Positions 47,432-57,727 of a DNA stretch of 64,000 nt are shown piece by piece (position 1 is the stretch's first letter; each line of letters opens with the position of its first letter). The stretch comes from Bacillaceae bacterium (GTDB lineage: Bacteria; Bacillota; Bacilli; JACDOE01). The stretch spans positions 4,033 through 68,032 of the forward strand of contig JACDOE010000002.1 of NCBI GenBank assembly GCA_017656255.1, written 5' to 3'. A model generated the notes under the pieces. That model worked only from the letters and a program-made list of their open reading frames with translations. It made no database searches and was not told the DNA's origin. The translations under genes and the position numbers were made by a program.

Positions 47432-48274
47432 ATGAATGCGATATTGTTTGTGGGCCATGGAAGCAAAGATCCTGAAGGGAATGAAGAAGTACGCCGGTTT
47501 GTAGCCTCCCTTGACCTTTCGGTATCAGATACGATCATCGAAACCTGTTTTCTGGAATTTGAGCAACCGGACATCGGCCAGGGGATTGAAACATGTGTGA
47601 AAAAGGGAGCGACCCGGGTTGTTCTGATCCCGATTATTCTGTTTCCAGCCGGGCATGCCAAACTTCATATTCCGGCCGCCATCGATGAAGCCAGAGAGAA
47701 GTATCCGGACGTGACATTTACGTATGGCAGGCCGATCGGGGTCCATGACCGGGTGCTGGACATCCTGTCGGCACGACTGGAGGAAGCCGGAATTCAGCTT
47801 GATTCTTCACCGTCCGATACAGCCGTTTTGATTGTCGGCCGGGGAAGCAGCGATCCGGATGCCAACAGCGATCTGTTCAAAATCGCCCGCCTTTTCTGGG
47901 AACGCGGGCAGGTGAAATGGGTGGAAACGGCTTTTATGGGTGTCACGTCCCCGTTAGTGGATGAAGGGATCGAACGGTGTGTCATACTGGGGGCCCGCCA
48001 TGTGGTGATACTCCCGTATTTCCTGTTTACCGGGGTTCTGATCAAACGGATGGAAAAAATGGTGGATGCGTTTCAAACGCGTTACCCGGATCATCAGTTT
48101 TCACTGGCGTCCTATTTCGGGTTTCATCCGACCTTAAAAGAGATCATCAAAGACCGGGTGAACGAGGCGTTACAGGATGAGGTGAAAATGAATTGCGACA
48201 ATTGCCAGTATAGGCTGGAAGCGATGAAGGACATGGATCATCACCATCACCATCATCACCATCACGGATCATGA
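47432..48274 (+). CDS. cbiX: Sirohydrochlorin cobaltochelatase CbiX, long form with Cys motif and poly-His C-terminal tail
   Basis: Two CbiX half-domains (LFVGHGSKDPEG / LIVGRGSSDPDA), MNCDNCQY, and a terminal DHHHHHHHHHGS. RBS AAGGAGG upstream of the ATG at 47432. Confidence 0.8.
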   Translation: MNAILFVGHGSKDPEGNEEVRRFVASLDLSVSDTIIETCFLEFEQPDIGQGIETCVKKGATRVVLIPIILFPAGHAKLHIPAAIDEAREKYPDVTFTYGRPIGVHDRVLDILSARLEEAGIQLDSSPSDTAVLIVGRGSSDPDANSDLFKIARLFWERGQVKWVETAFMGVTSPLVDEGIERCVILGARHVVILPYFLFTGVLIKRMEKMVDAFQTRYPDHQFSLASYFGFHPTLKEIIKDRVNEALQDEVKMNCDNCQYRLEAMKDMDHHHHHHHHHGS

Positions 48275-48306
48275 TGCGAAGCGATACAAGACAGGAGGAA
48301 GCCCCT

Positions 48307-49107
48307 ATGATTCTGGTACTCGCCGGAACGCATGATGCCAGAGAGCTGGCATTAAAAATCAAAGAGTCGGGATATGGCCTGATCACAACGGTCGTCACTG
48401 AAAATGCCGCCAGAAGCATGCGCAAAGCCGGGTTGCCCGTTCATACCGGGAGGTTGTCTGCCGAAGATATGGCGGAGATGATCCGCCAACACCGGGTTTG
48501 GGCCGTGGTGGATGCCAGCCATCCCTATGCGGAAGAAGCCTCCAGAAATGCCATGGCCTGCGCGAAAACGGCCGGGGTCCCTTACATCCGGTATGAACGT
48601 GAGTCCCTGTCCTATGAGTCACACGAAAACATCATCATGGTCGAGGATTATGCGGGGGCGGCCGAGGTGGCAGCAGAGAAACGGGGTGTGATCATGCTGA
48701 CCACCGGCAGCAAGACACTGGAGATTTTCACAAAAAGACTGCTCGGGTTGCCGGATGTCCGGCTAATCGCGCGCATGCTACCCCGTCAAGACAATATGGA
48801 AAAATGCGAAGCCTTGGGCCTGGAGCAAAAAAACATTGTGGCGATGCAGGGCCCCTTTTCCCGGGAACTGAACAAAGCCCTTTTTAACCATTACAACGTC
48901 ACTTTGATGATTACCAAAGAAAGCGGGAAAGCGGGGGCGGTTGACGAGAAGGTGGAAGCGGCCCTGGAACTGGGGATTGAAGTGGTCATGATCGCCCGTC
49001 CCAGACTGGCCTACGAGAGGGTGTTCTGCAATTATCGTGAGGTCATCGCCCAACTTAACCAATTTAAAAAGGGGGGAATCCGCCATGGATTTTCGGACGC
49101 ATTTTAA
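48307..49107 (+). CDS. cbiJ: Cobalt-precorrin-6A reductase CbiJ
   Basis: MILVLAGTHDAR start. Family size and operon context. Confidence 0.75.
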   Translation: MILVLAGTHDARELALKIKESGYGLITTVVTENAARSMRKAGLPVHTGRLSAEDMAEMIRQHRVWAVVDASHPYAEEASRNAMACAKTAGVPYIRYERESLSYESHENIIMVEDYAGAAEVAAEKRGVIMLTTGSKTLEIFTKRLLGLPDVRLIARMLPRQDNMEKCEALGLEQKNIVAMQGPFSRELNKALFNHYNVTLMITKESGKAGAVDEKVEAALELGIEVVMIARPRLAYERVFCNYREVIAQLNQFKKGGIRHGFSDAF

Positions 49108-49732
49108 GCCGGCTACCGTACAGCCGCAGGAAATTGAAGGGAAAAGTTTTCAAATCATTACGGAAGAGCTGGGGGAGCATTCTTTTACGGAGGAGCAGTA
49201 CCCCGTCGTTCAGCGCGTGATTCACGCATCCGCTGATTTTGAACTGGGAAGAAGCCTGATATTCCATCCCGATGCGATCCGGGCCGGGATTGAAGCGGTT
49301 CGAACAGGTAAACGGGTGGTGGCTGATGTGCAGATGGTGCAGGTTGGGATCAGCAAAGCCCGCCTTGAGAAATTCGGGGGAGACGTGAAAGTCTATATTT
49401 CCGACCCGGATGTGGTGGAGGAAGCGAAGCGGCTCAACACGACCCGCGCGATTGTATCAATGCGTAAAGCAGCGAAAGAAGCGGAAGGCGGCATTTTTGC
49501 GATCGGGAATGCGCCGACGGCGCTTCTGGAATTGATCCGCCTGGTCAAGGAAGGGGAAGCCAGGCCGGGCCTGATTATCGGGATGCCCGTCGGGTTTGTC
49601 TCCGCAGCGGAGTCCAAGGAAGAACTGGCCAAACTGGATGTGCCGTTTATCACCAACCGGGGGAGAAAAGGAGGAAGTGCCGTGACCGTAGCTGCCGTCA
49701 ACGCGATTATCCGGATGGGAGAACAGGTGTAA
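49085..49732 (+). CDS. cbiC: Cobalt-precorrin-8 methylmutase CbiC
   Basis: CbiC/CobH family pattern (VIHASADFELG, AIGNAPTAL). Confidence 0.75.
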   Translation: MDFRTHFKPATVQPQEIEGKSFQIITEELGEHSFTEEQYPVVQRVIHASADFELGRSLIFHPDAIRAGIEAVRTGKRVVADVQMVQVGISKARLEKFGGDVKVYISDPDVVEEAKRLNTTRAIVSMRKAAKEAEGGIFAIGNAPTALLELIRLVKEGEARPGLIIGMPVGFVSAAESKEELAKLDVPFITNRGRKGGSAVTVAAVNAIIRMGEQV

Positions 49733-49735
49733 CCC

Positions 49736-50830
49736 ATGGCGGAAGAAAAGTCATCTTCGATGCGGTACGGTTATACAACCGGTGCCTGTGCCACCGCTGC
49801 GGCGAAAGCAGCCCTTTTGGCCCTGATATCCCGGGAGGAGCAGACAGAGGTTACCATCGGGCTGCCCATTGGCAAAGAGGTCACTTTTTCGCTGGAACAG
49901 TGCGCCTGCACCGGCGATGAGGCGGTGGCCGGCGTGATCAAAGATGGCGGGGATGACCCCGATGCCACGCATGGTGCCCTGATCCAGGCCACCGTCACCT
50001 GGAAGGATGAAAGCGGGATCGAGATTGACGGCGGTACCGGGGTGGGGCGCATCACAAAACCCGGGTTGCCCGTCCCGGTCGGGGAAGCGGCGATCAATCC
50101 GGTGCCGCGCAGGATGATCACCGAGACGCTGCAAACGGTTCTGGTTGAGCATCATATCACCAGAGGGGTTCGTGTGGTCATCTCCGTTCCGAAAGGAGAG
50201 GAAATCGCGAAGAAAACCCTGAATCACCGTCTGGGCATTGTGGGGGGCATCTCCATTCTCGGGACACGGGGAATCGTCGTGCCTTTTTCCACAGCCGCCT
50301 ACAAGGCGAGCATTGTGCAGGCGATTCGGGTCGCCCGTGAATCCGGCTGCCGGCACCTGGTCCTCTCCACCGGGGGAAGAAGTGAAAAAACCGGGATGGC
50401 GCTCTATCCGGATTTACCCGAGGAAGCATTTATTGAAATGGGGGATTTTGTCGGCTTTTCCCTGGTTCAATGCAAAAAATCCGGCGCTGAAAAAGTCACG
50501 CTTGTCGGCATGATGGGCAAGTTCTCCAAGCTGGCCCAGGGCGTGATGATGGTTCATTCCAAAAGTGCCCCCGTTAACTTTGATTTTCTCGCAGATGTTG
50601 CCCGGGATGCCGGTATACCGGATACGCTGGTTCAGGAAATCCGTGGTGCCAATACGGCGTCCCAGGTGGGATCGCTGATGCATGAGCATGGTTATGATGG
50701 CTTTTTTGAGGCATTGTGCACGTCCTGCTGCCAGCAGGGGTTGAAGCAGGTGAAAGGCGGCATGGAAATGGAAACAGTGATTTGTTCCATGAAAGGTGAG
50801 ATTCTGGGAAGGGTGAGCATGCATGAATGA
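49736..50830 (+). CDS. cbiD: Cobalt-precorrin-5B C1-methyltransferase CbiD
   Basis: [19 protein letters not shown]-terminal signature of CbiD. Confidence 0.8.
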   Translation: MAEEKSSSMRYGYTTGACATAAAKAALLALISREEQTEVTIGLPIGKEVTFSLEQCACTGDEAVAGVIKDGGDDPDATHGALIQATVTWKDESGIEIDGGTGVGRITKPGLPVPVGEAAINPVPRRMITETLQTVLVEHHITRGVRVVISVPKGEEIAKKTLNHRLGIVGGISILGTRGIVVPFSTAAYKASIVQAIRVARESGCRHLVLSTGGRSEKTGMALYPDLPEEAFIEMGDFVGFSLVQCKKSGAEKVTLVGMMGKFSKLAQGVMMVHSKSAPVNFDFLADVARDAGIPDTLVQEIRGANTASQVGSLMHEHGYDGFFEALCTSCCQQGLKQVKGGMEMETVICSMKGEILGRVSMHE

Positions 50831-52040
50831 TACGATCAAAGTGATCGGAATCGGGGATAATGGCCGGGACAGCCTGCTGCCGCTGTATCAAAAATGGATC
50901 CATGAGAGTGAACGGCTGGTCGGCGGTGAAAGACATCTAAACTTTTTCCCGGACTATCAGGGAGAAAAAATCGTGCTGAAAGGCGGGCTTTCCAGACTGG
51001 TTGAAACATTGCAGCAGGAGAAAAAGAAGACGGTTGTGCTGGCTTCGGGAGATCCGCTTTTCTACGGAATCGGCGGCTATCTGGCCAAAAAAATGGCGGT
51101 GGACATCTACCCGAACTTAAGCTCGGTTCAGCTGGCCTTCGCCCGGATTAAGGAAAGCTGGCAGGATGCTTATGTCACCAGTGTGCACGGGCGCAGTATG
51201 AAAGGATTGATTCAGCGCATCGAAGGCAGGAAAAAAGTGGCGTTATTGACCGATGAAGCCCATAATCCGAATGAGATTGCCCGTTATTTACTCTCCTATG
51301 GCGTGAATGAGTACGAAGCTTATGTGGCGGAAAACCTGGGCAGTCCGTCGGAGAAGATCACGCATCTTACGCTGGAGGAGATGGCAGAAGGCTCCTTTTC
51401 CCCGTTAAACATTGTGATATTAAAACAGGTGAAGGCATCCCCGTCCTGGCCGCTGGGGATAGACGATCAGGCGTTCTATCAGCGAAAACCGGACAAAGGG
51501 TTGATCACCAAAAAAGAGATTCGGGTTTTAAGTCTAAGCCAACTTAACATCCGAGAAGACAGTGTGGTCTGGGATATCGGTACCTGCACCGGCTCCGTCG
51601 CGATTGAAGCGGCCCGGCTGGCACGGCATGGCCAGGTGTATGCGATTGAAAAAAACGAAGCGGATCTTCACAACTGCCGAAAAAATATGGTCAAATTTCG
51701 TACGGATTTTACGGTGGTGCACGGGAAAGCCCCTGACGGCCTGGATAATTTTCCGGATCCGGATGCGGTGTTTATCGGTGGGAGCGGAGGCCGCCTGCAA
51801 TCCCTACTGGAAATGTGCTGCCGCCGACTCAAGCCGGGGGGCCGGATCGTGCTCAATGCCGCGACGATGGAAACCCTGCACGATGCGAGCCGTATTTTGG
51901 CCGATCAGGGTTTTCAGACCGATATCACGCTGGTTCAGGTATCGAGAAGCAAACCTGTTTTAGACATGAATCGGTTTGAAGGATTAAACCCCGTCTTCAT
52001 CATCACCGCCGAGCAGCACAAAGGAGGAGAAACAGATTGA
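50823..52040 (+). CDS. cbiET: Cobalt-precorrin-6B/7 C5,C15-methyltransferase (decarboxylating), CbiE-CbiT fusion
   Basis: N-terminal TP-methylase plus C-terminal class I SAM MTase ([11 protein letters not shown]). Confidence 0.8.
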   Translation: MNDTIKVIGIGDNGRDSLLPLYQKWIHESERLVGGERHLNFFPDYQGEKIVLKGGLSRLVETLQQEKKKTVVLASGDPLFYGIGGYLAKKMAVDIYPNLSSVQLAFARIKESWQDAYVTSVHGRSMKGLIQRIEGRKKVALLTDEAHNPNEIARYLLSYGVNEYEAYVAENLGSPSEKITHLTLEEMAEGSFSPLNIVILKQVKASPSWPLGIDDQAFYQRKPDKGLITKKEIRVLSLSQLNIREDSVVWDIGTCTGSVAIEAARLARHGQVYAIEKNEADLHNCRKNMVKFRTDFTVVHGKAPDGLDNFPDPDAVFIGGSGGRLQSLLEMCCRRLKPGGRIVLNAATMETLHDASRILADQGFQTDITLVQVSRSKPVLDMNRFEGLNPVFIITAEQHKGGETD

Positions 52041-52747
52041 GTGATATTGGAACGTTATATGGCGTCGGCGTGGGGCCGGGCGACCCGGAACTGATCACGG
52101 TCAAGGCGTTTCGGGTTTTAAAGGAATCACCGGTGATTGCCTATCCGAAAAAACGAAAGGGAAGCAAGAGTTATGCCCATGCCATTGCCGAGGGATATCT
52201 CCATGAACAGGAAAAAGAGAGGCTGGGGCTCGTTTTCCCGATGACGAAAGATCGGGATATTCTGGAGCGGGAATGGCACCGTGTCGTGGAAACCGTCTGG
52301 GAACCGTTAAGCCGGGGAAAAGATGTCGCATTTGTCACGGAAGGCGATCCGCTATTATACAGTACGTTTATTCATCTCATGCGCCTGATGAACCAGTGTC
52401 ATCCAGAGGTTGAGATCCAGGTCGTGCCCGGCATCTCATCGATCAACGGGGTAGCTGCCCGGCTGGGGCTGCCTCTGGCGGATGGCGATGAGACGCTGGC
52501 GATTGTCCCGGCAACCGATGATCACGAGCAGATGAAGAAAGTGCTGCAGGATCATGCGTGTGTCATTTTTTTGAAAGTGGCGAAGGTGATCGATCCGATG
52601 CTGCGTGTCCTGGAGGAACTGGATTTATTGGACCGGGCGTCCGTGGTCACGAAAGCCACATCGTCGGAAGAAAGAATCTGGAAAGAGGTTTCAGAGCTTA
52701 AACGGGCGGAACTTCCCTATTTAACATTGATGGTGGTGAGGAAATGA
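52037..52747 (+). CDS. cbiL: Cobalt-factor II C20-methyltransferase CbiL
   Basis: [21 protein letters not shown] start after RBS AAAGGAGGAG. Confidence 0.8.
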   Translation: MSDIGTLYGVGVGPGDPELITVKAFRVLKESPVIAYPKKRKGSKSYAHAIAEGYLHEQEKERLGLVFPMTKDRDILEREWHRVVETVWEPLSRGKDVAFVTEGDPLLYSTFIHLMRLMNQCHPEVEIQVVPGISSINGVAARLGLPLADGDETLAIVPATDDHEQMKKVLQDHACVIFLKVAKVIDPMLRVLEELDLLDRASVVTKATSSEERIWKEVSELKRAELPYLTLMVVRK

Positions 52748-53523
52748 TGAAGGTTTATATCATTGGCGCCGGCCCGGGCGATCCGGACCTGATCACGGTC
52801 AAAGGGTTAACGTTGTTGCAGGAGGCAGATACCGTTCTTTATACGGATTCACTGGTCAACGATGCGTTGATCGCCAGAGCCAGACCCGGTGCCGAGATCT
52901 TGAAAAGTTCAGGGATGGATCTGCAGGAAATGGTTTCGATCATGGCGGAACGGGTCAAAGCAGGCAAGAAGGTCGTCCGGATCCACACCGGAGACCCCTC
53001 GGTCTTCGGGGCGGTGATGGAACAAATCGCCCTGCTGAAAAAAGAGGGCATCTCATGCGAAGTGGTGCCGGGGGTCAGTTCCGTTTTTGCGGCTGCTGCG
53101 GCGATCGGGGCAGAACTGACCGTCCCCGACCTGACCCAGACCCTGATTCTGACCCGGGCAGAAGGAAGAACCCCGGTACCGGAACGGGAAAAATTAAAGG
53201 ATTTAGCCGCCCATCATGCCACGCTCGCCTTGTTCCTCAGCGCCACGCTGACCAAAAAAGTGGTGAAGGAACTGCGGGAAGCAGGCTGGCAGGAAGAGAC
53301 CCCGGTGGTGGTGGTGCAGCGCGCCAGCTGGCCGGATCAAAAAATTGTACGGACCACGTTAAGCCAATTAGATGACGCGATGCAACAAAACGGGATTCGT
53401 TCGCAGGCGATGATCCTGGCGGGCTGGGCGCTGGACCCGTCCATTTATGAAAAAGGGGAATATCGCTCCAAATTATACGATAAAACCTTTACGCACGGTT
53501 ATCGGAAGGGTGTGAACACATGA
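52744..53523 (+). CDS. cbiF: Cobalt-precorrin-4 C11-methyltransferase CbiF
   Basis: [20 protein letters not shown]. Confidence 0.8.
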   Translation: MMKVYIIGAGPGDPDLITVKGLTLLQEADTVLYTDSLVNDALIARARPGAEILKSSGMDLQEMVSIMAERVKAGKKVVRIHTGDPSVFGAVMEQIALLKKEGISCEVVPGVSSVFAAAAAIGAELTVPDLTQTLILTRAEGRTPVPEREKLKDLAAHHATLALFLSATLTKKVVKELREAGWQEETPVVVVQRASWPDQKIVRTTLSQLDDAMQQNGIRSQAMILAGWALDPSIYEKGEYRSKLYDKTFTHGYRKGVNT

Positions 53524-54644
53524 TTGTCCTCCGGGAAAACGAGATCCCGTCCGTTCAGGTGAAGGAACCCTATGCCATCGTGGCGATCACCAAACATGGC
53601 GTGCAACTGGCGCGAAGGCTTCAGACCCGTTTTGCCGGTGCAGATCTCTATTATATGAGCAAGTTTGAAAAAGGGGATGAGGCGGCACGGGGCATTCAGA
53701 TGTTTGAAGGAAGTGTCAGGCTGTTGTTACCCGCCCTCTTCCAGGCCTATCAGGGGATTATTCTGTTCATCTCCCTGGGAGCCGTGGTTCGCATGATTGC
53801 CCCATTGCTCAAAGACAAAAAAACGGATCCGGCTGTGGTGGTCATCGACGATAAGGGTGAGCATGCGATCAGTGTCCTTTCCGGCCATCTCGGGGGAGCG
53901 AATGAATTGACGCGTGAGGTGGCAGCCGCCATGGGGGCACGGCCTGTTATCACCACCGCCTCGGATGTGCAGAAAACGATTCCGGTCGATTTGTTCGGGC
54001 GCCGATTCGGCTGGGAATATGAATCCGAGGAGAAACTGACCCCGGTCAGTGCTTCCGTCGTCAATGAGGAACGGGTGGCCGTCGTCCAGGAATCCGGCGA
54101 AAAAAACTGGTGGACCTATGACGCCCCGCTGCCCCAAAATATTAAAACTTATGACAGCATTGACCGGGCCCTGGCGGATCAGCCGGATGCCGCTCTGGTC
54201 ATCACCCATCGCCTCCTTAACGAGGAAGAATCGCGCATTCTGGAAAACGGGGTGCTGTATCGCCCGAAAGTGCTGGCGCTGGGAATCGGGTGCAATCGCG
54301 GCACATCAGCGGAAGAAATTGAATCGGTCATCAAAGAAACCCTGGATGAGCTTCAGTTTTCCATCAAAAGTGTCAAAGCGGTCTGCACCATTGATTTGAA
54401 AAAAGATGAACAAGGACTGCTCGATGTGTGCCGCGGGCATGGCTGGGAATTTGTCTATTATAGCCCGGAACAATTGAATCAAGTGGAGATCAGTGCCCCG
54501 TCCGAAACGGTTTATAAATATACCGGTGCCTACGGGGTCAGTGAACCGGCCGCCAAAATCTATTCAGGGGCAAAAGAACTTGTTTTAAATAAAAAGAAGT
54601 CGGGCAATGTCACCATTTCCGTCGGCATCATTCCATTTGATTAA
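53520..54644 (+). CDS. cbiG: Cobalt-precorrin-5A hydrolase CbiG
   Basis: CbiG N-, mid- and C-domain pattern. Operon position between cbiF and cbiA. Confidence 0.75.
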   Translation: MIVLRENEIPSVQVKEPYAIVAITKHGVQLARRLQTRFAGADLYYMSKFEKGDEAARGIQMFEGSVRLLLPALFQAYQGIILFISLGAVVRMIAPLLKDKKTDPAVVVIDDKGEHAISVLSGHLGGANELTREVAAAMGARPVITTASDVQKTIPVDLFGRRFGWEYESEEKLTPVSASVVNEERVAVVQESGEKNWWTYDAPLPQNIKTYDSIDRALADQPDAALVITHRLLNEEESRILENGVLYRPKVLALGIGCNRGTSAEEIESVIKETLDELQFSIKSVKAVCTIDLKKDEQGLLDVCRGHGWEFVYYSPEQLNQVEISAPSETVYKYTGAYGVSEPAAKIYSGAKELVLNKKKSGNVTISVGIIPFD

Positions 54645-54662
54645 GAATAGGAGGATCTTGTC

Positions 54663-56048
54663 TTGGCTGAACACCGAATTGTTATCGCCGGCACGGGAAG
54701 CGGAGTCGGAAAGACCACGGTCACCCTCGGGCTGATGGCGGCCTTCAAAAACATGGGGCTCGGCGTGCAGGGGTTTAAATGCGGCCCTGATTACATTGAT
54801 CCCAGTTATCATACCGCGATTACGGGGCGGCCGTCCCGCAATCTGGACAGCTGGATGTTTTCCCGTGATACCGTCAGAGAAATCTATGCCCGGGGAAGCC
54901 GGGGAGCCGATATCGCCATCATTGAAGGGGTAATGGGGTTTTATGACGGGAAAAACCCCCGTTCCAACGAAGGCAGTACCGCGGACATCAGCAAGATTGT
55001 GGAAAGTCCCGTCCTGCTGGTGGTCAACTGCCAGAGTATGGCCCGCAGTGTGGCAGCCGTGGTCCGGGGTTTTCAACAGTTTACAGACGGAATCAACATC
55101 ATCGGGGTGGTCGCCAACAAGGTTGGAAGTGCCGGCCACTACAAAATCGTGCGGGAAGCGGTGGAACAGACCTGTCACGTTCCGGTTCTGGGATATCTGA
55201 CCCGGAATGACCGGTTGCACATACCGGAACGCCATCTGGGGCTGGTCCCCTCCATTGAACGGGGTGAACTGGACCCGTTTTATCAAAAACTGGCGGATAA
55301 AGTGTCTGAAACCTTTGATCTTAAACAGTTGTTGAAGCTTTCTAAAGTCGACCCCTTACAGGTTGAACCGGGGCTGTTTCGTAAAAAAGCTGATCCCAAA
55401 CGGGTCAAAATCGCAATCGCCCGGGATGCTGCTTTTAACTTCTATTATCCGGAAAATATCGAGTTGCTGGAAAGTTACGGGGCGGAATGCGTGTCCTTTT
55501 CGCCGTTAAAGGGAGAGCCGCTTCCGGAACAGGTGGACGGTCTGTATCTCGGAGGCGGATTTCCGGAAGAATTTGCGGAAACGTTGTCCCGGCATCAGCC
55601 TGTCAGGGAATCCATTGTCCGGGCGATCCGGAACGGGTTGCCGACGCTGGCCGAATGCGGCGGGTTTATGTACTTGACGGAAGCGATCATCGATACCGGC
55701 GGCAACCGTTATCCGATGGCCGGGGTGATCCCCGGGGAAGTGCGTATGCAGGAAAAGCTGGCCGCTCTGGGATACCGTGAAGTGACCGGGACTCAGGAAA
55801 ACGTTTTGTTGCGTGACGGACAGGTGGCGCGGGGACATGAGTTTCACTATTCGACGTTTTCTCCCGGGACCGAGATGCCACCGGCTTATGAAACCAGAGG
55901 GCTGCGCGGCGTGAAAAAAGAGGGCGTGGCGAAAGGAAACCTGGTAGCCGGTTATACCCATATCCATTTCGCGTCCAATCCGGACATGGCAAAAAATTGG
56001 ATTGACCGTTGTGTGAAATATCAAAACGAAAAACAAACAAAGAGGTGA
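54663..56048 (+). CDS. cbiA: Cobyrinate a,c-diamide synthase CbiA
   Basis: N-terminal P-loop IAGTGSGVGKTT and a C-terminal glutamine amidotransferase domain. TTG start after AGGAGG. Confidence 0.8.
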   Translation: MAEHRIVIAGTGSGVGKTTVTLGLMAAFKNMGLGVQGFKCGPDYIDPSYHTAITGRPSRNLDSWMFSRDTVREIYARGSRGADIAIIEGVMGFYDGKNPRSNEGSTADISKIVESPVLLVVNCQSMARSVAAVVRGFQQFTDGINIIGVVANKVGSAGHYKIVREAVEQTCHVPVLGYLTRNDRLHIPERHLGLVPSIERGELDPFYQKLADKVSETFDLKQLLKLSKVDPLQVEPGLFRKKADPKRVKIAIARDAAFNFYYPENIELLESYGAECVSFSPLKGEPLPEQVDGLYLGGGFPEEFAETLSRHQPVRESIVRAIRNGLPTLAECGGFMYLTEAIIDTGGNRYPMAGVIPGEVRMQEKLAALGYREVTGTQENVLLRDGQVARGHEFHYSTFSPGTEMPPAYETRGLRGVKKEGVAKGNLVAGYTHIHFASNPDMAKNWIDRCVKYQNEKQTKR

Positions 56049-56054
56049 GGTCGG

Positions 56055-56426
56055 ATGGCCACGTGGGATTTGTCTGAAACCCGCCATCATGTGCTGATAT
56101 GTAATGGAAACAGTTGTCTGAGAAAAGGTGGGGAAGCGGTAACACAGGCGATTCGGGAAGAAATCTCGAAACAGGGTGCCGATCATGTGATACATACCAG
56201 TCGCACCCGGTGTAACGGAAGGTGCAGGGATGCCTGTGTGGTCATCGTGTATCCGGAGGGAACCTGGTATAAGGATGTCACACCAGAAGATGCGGCTTCT
56301 CTGGTTCAGAACCATCTGCTGAAAGGACAACCTCTGGCAGAGAAAGTGAGTCACCGTTATAACCAGCACGCTTTTCAACGAACCGAGCATACCGTTGAGG
56401 GCACGGTTAAAAGCGTTGTGAAATAA
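56055..56426 (+). CDS. cbiW: Thioredoxin-like [2Fe-2S] ferredoxin (CbiW-like)
   Basis: 123 aa with Cys pattern CNGNSC...CNGRCRDAC. Located between cbiA and SUMT. Confidence 0.6.
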   Translation: MATWDLSETRHHVLICNGNSCLRKGGEAVTQAIREEISKQGADHVIHTSRTRCNGRCRDACVVIVYPEGTWYKDVTPEDAASLVQNHLLKGQPLAEKVSHRYNQHAFQRTEHTVEGTVKSVVK

Positions 56427-56441
56427 AAGGGGGATCCTAGC

Positions 56442-57215
56442 ATGAAAAAGGGGAAAGTATTCTTCGTCGGAGCAGGTCCCGGAGACCCAAAATTAATCAC
56501 CCTTCGCGGGCTGGAATGCCTGCAACAATCGGATGTCATCGTTTATGACCGGCTGGTGAATCCGGAACTGCTTACGTATGCCCGGGAGGATGCCAGGAAA
56601 ATATTTTGCGGAAAGTTTCCGGATCGCCATGTGATGCGCCAGGAACAGATCAACGACGTGCTCGTTCGCGAAGCCGGTGAAGGCCAGGTGGTCACCCGTC
56701 TCAAAGGGGGAGATCCCTGTGTGTTTGGGCGTGTTGGGGAAGAAGCGGTCCATTGTGCCTCGCATGATATTGAATTTGAGATTGTGCCGGGCATCACGGC
56801 TGGGATTGCGGCTCCGGCCTATGCCGGTATCCCGGTGACGCATCGGGATTACGGGTCTTCTTTTGCCTTTGTGACGGGACATCTCCGGGACAGGCAGGAA
56901 GACCATCGAAAGTGGGAAGCGTTTGCCAGAGGCATTGATACCATCGCTTTTTATATGGGGATCAACAAACTCTCTCATATTTGTGAGCGGCTGATCGAAC
57001 ACGGCCGCGACCCGGAAACCCCGGTCGCCATCATTGAATGGGGGACGACCGAGAATCAAAGAACGATTGTGGGGGAACTGCACAACATTGTCGAAAAAGC
57101 AGAACAACACAACATGACACATCCGGCGATTATTTTGGTGGGGGATATTGTCACCATCCGCGAGAAGATGCAGTGGTTTCAAGAGAGAGGTTTTTCCCGT
57201 TTGACGGGGGTCTGA
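56442..57215 (+). CDS. cobA: Uroporphyrinogen-III C-methyltransferase (SUMT, CobA/SirA)
   Basis: VFFVGAGPGDPKLITLRG and the TP-methylase fold. 257 aa. Confidence 0.8.
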   Translation: MKKGKVFFVGAGPGDPKLITLRGLECLQQSDVIVYDRLVNPELLTYAREDARKIFCGKFPDRHVMRQEQINDVLVREAGEGQVVTRLKGGDPCVFGRVGEEAVHCASHDIEFEIVPGITAGIAAPAYAGIPVTHRDYGSSFAFVTGHLRDRQEDHRKWEAFARGIDTIAFYMGINKLSHICERLIEHGRDPETPVAIIEWGTTENQRTIVGELHNIVEKAEQHNMTHPAIILVGDIVTIREKMQWFQERGFSRLTGV

Positions 57216-57283
57216 GAAGCATAAGGGGCGGTAAAACCAGAAGTATTGAAGGAGAGTCTGCCATCGGAAACGCCAAAACTGTT

Positions 57284-57709
57284 TTACGCCCTTATCCTCC
57301 TTACAATCTGATGAAACACCTCCGAGAACACCAGCCCAACCGCAATCGCCCCCGAGATCATCAACACTTTGGCCGCCAGTTGCAGCGCCATATTATAATC
57401 ATTCATCATAAAGTGTCTCATTGTATCATATGCCAGTCCGCCGGGGACCAGCGGAATAATCCCGGAAACGCTGAATATCGTCATTGGCAATTTTTCCACT
57501 CTGGCAAACACCTGGCTCATCAGCGCCACGAAAAAGGAGGCAACCAGTGTTCCCAGTACGGGATCAAACTGACGTTCCGTAAAAGAGAGATAGATCAGCC
57601 AGCCGATCATCCCGACAAAGCCGCATTTAAGCAGGGATTTTTTCGGTACATTAAATATAATCCCGAAGCCGGCGGATGCAATGAAACTGGTGAAAAGTTG
57701 TTCGATCAT
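57284..57709 (-). CDS. Threonine/serine exporter family protein, small subunit (YjjB/DUF3815-like)
   Basis: 141 aa with four TM helices. Paired with the upstream DUF1212-like gene. Confidence 0.55.
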   Translation of the reverse strand: MIEQLFTSFIASAGFGIIFNVPKKSLLKCGFVGMIGWLIYLSFTERQFDPVLGTLVASFFVALMSQVFARVEKLPMTIFSVSGIIPLVPGGLAYDTMRHFMMNDYNMALQLAAKVLMISGAIAVGLVFSEVFHQIVRRIRA

Positions 57710-57727
57710 AACACGTTTCCTTTCTGG

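Noticed and set aside
48241-48274. Run of nine His codons plus Gly-Ser at the end of cbiX, which could suggest an engineered His-tag or vector contamination
   Set aside because: B. megaterium-type long CbiX proteins naturally end in a histidine-rich tail. Here it is in a native operon with native flanks, and no vector sequence, protease site or tag linker is present.
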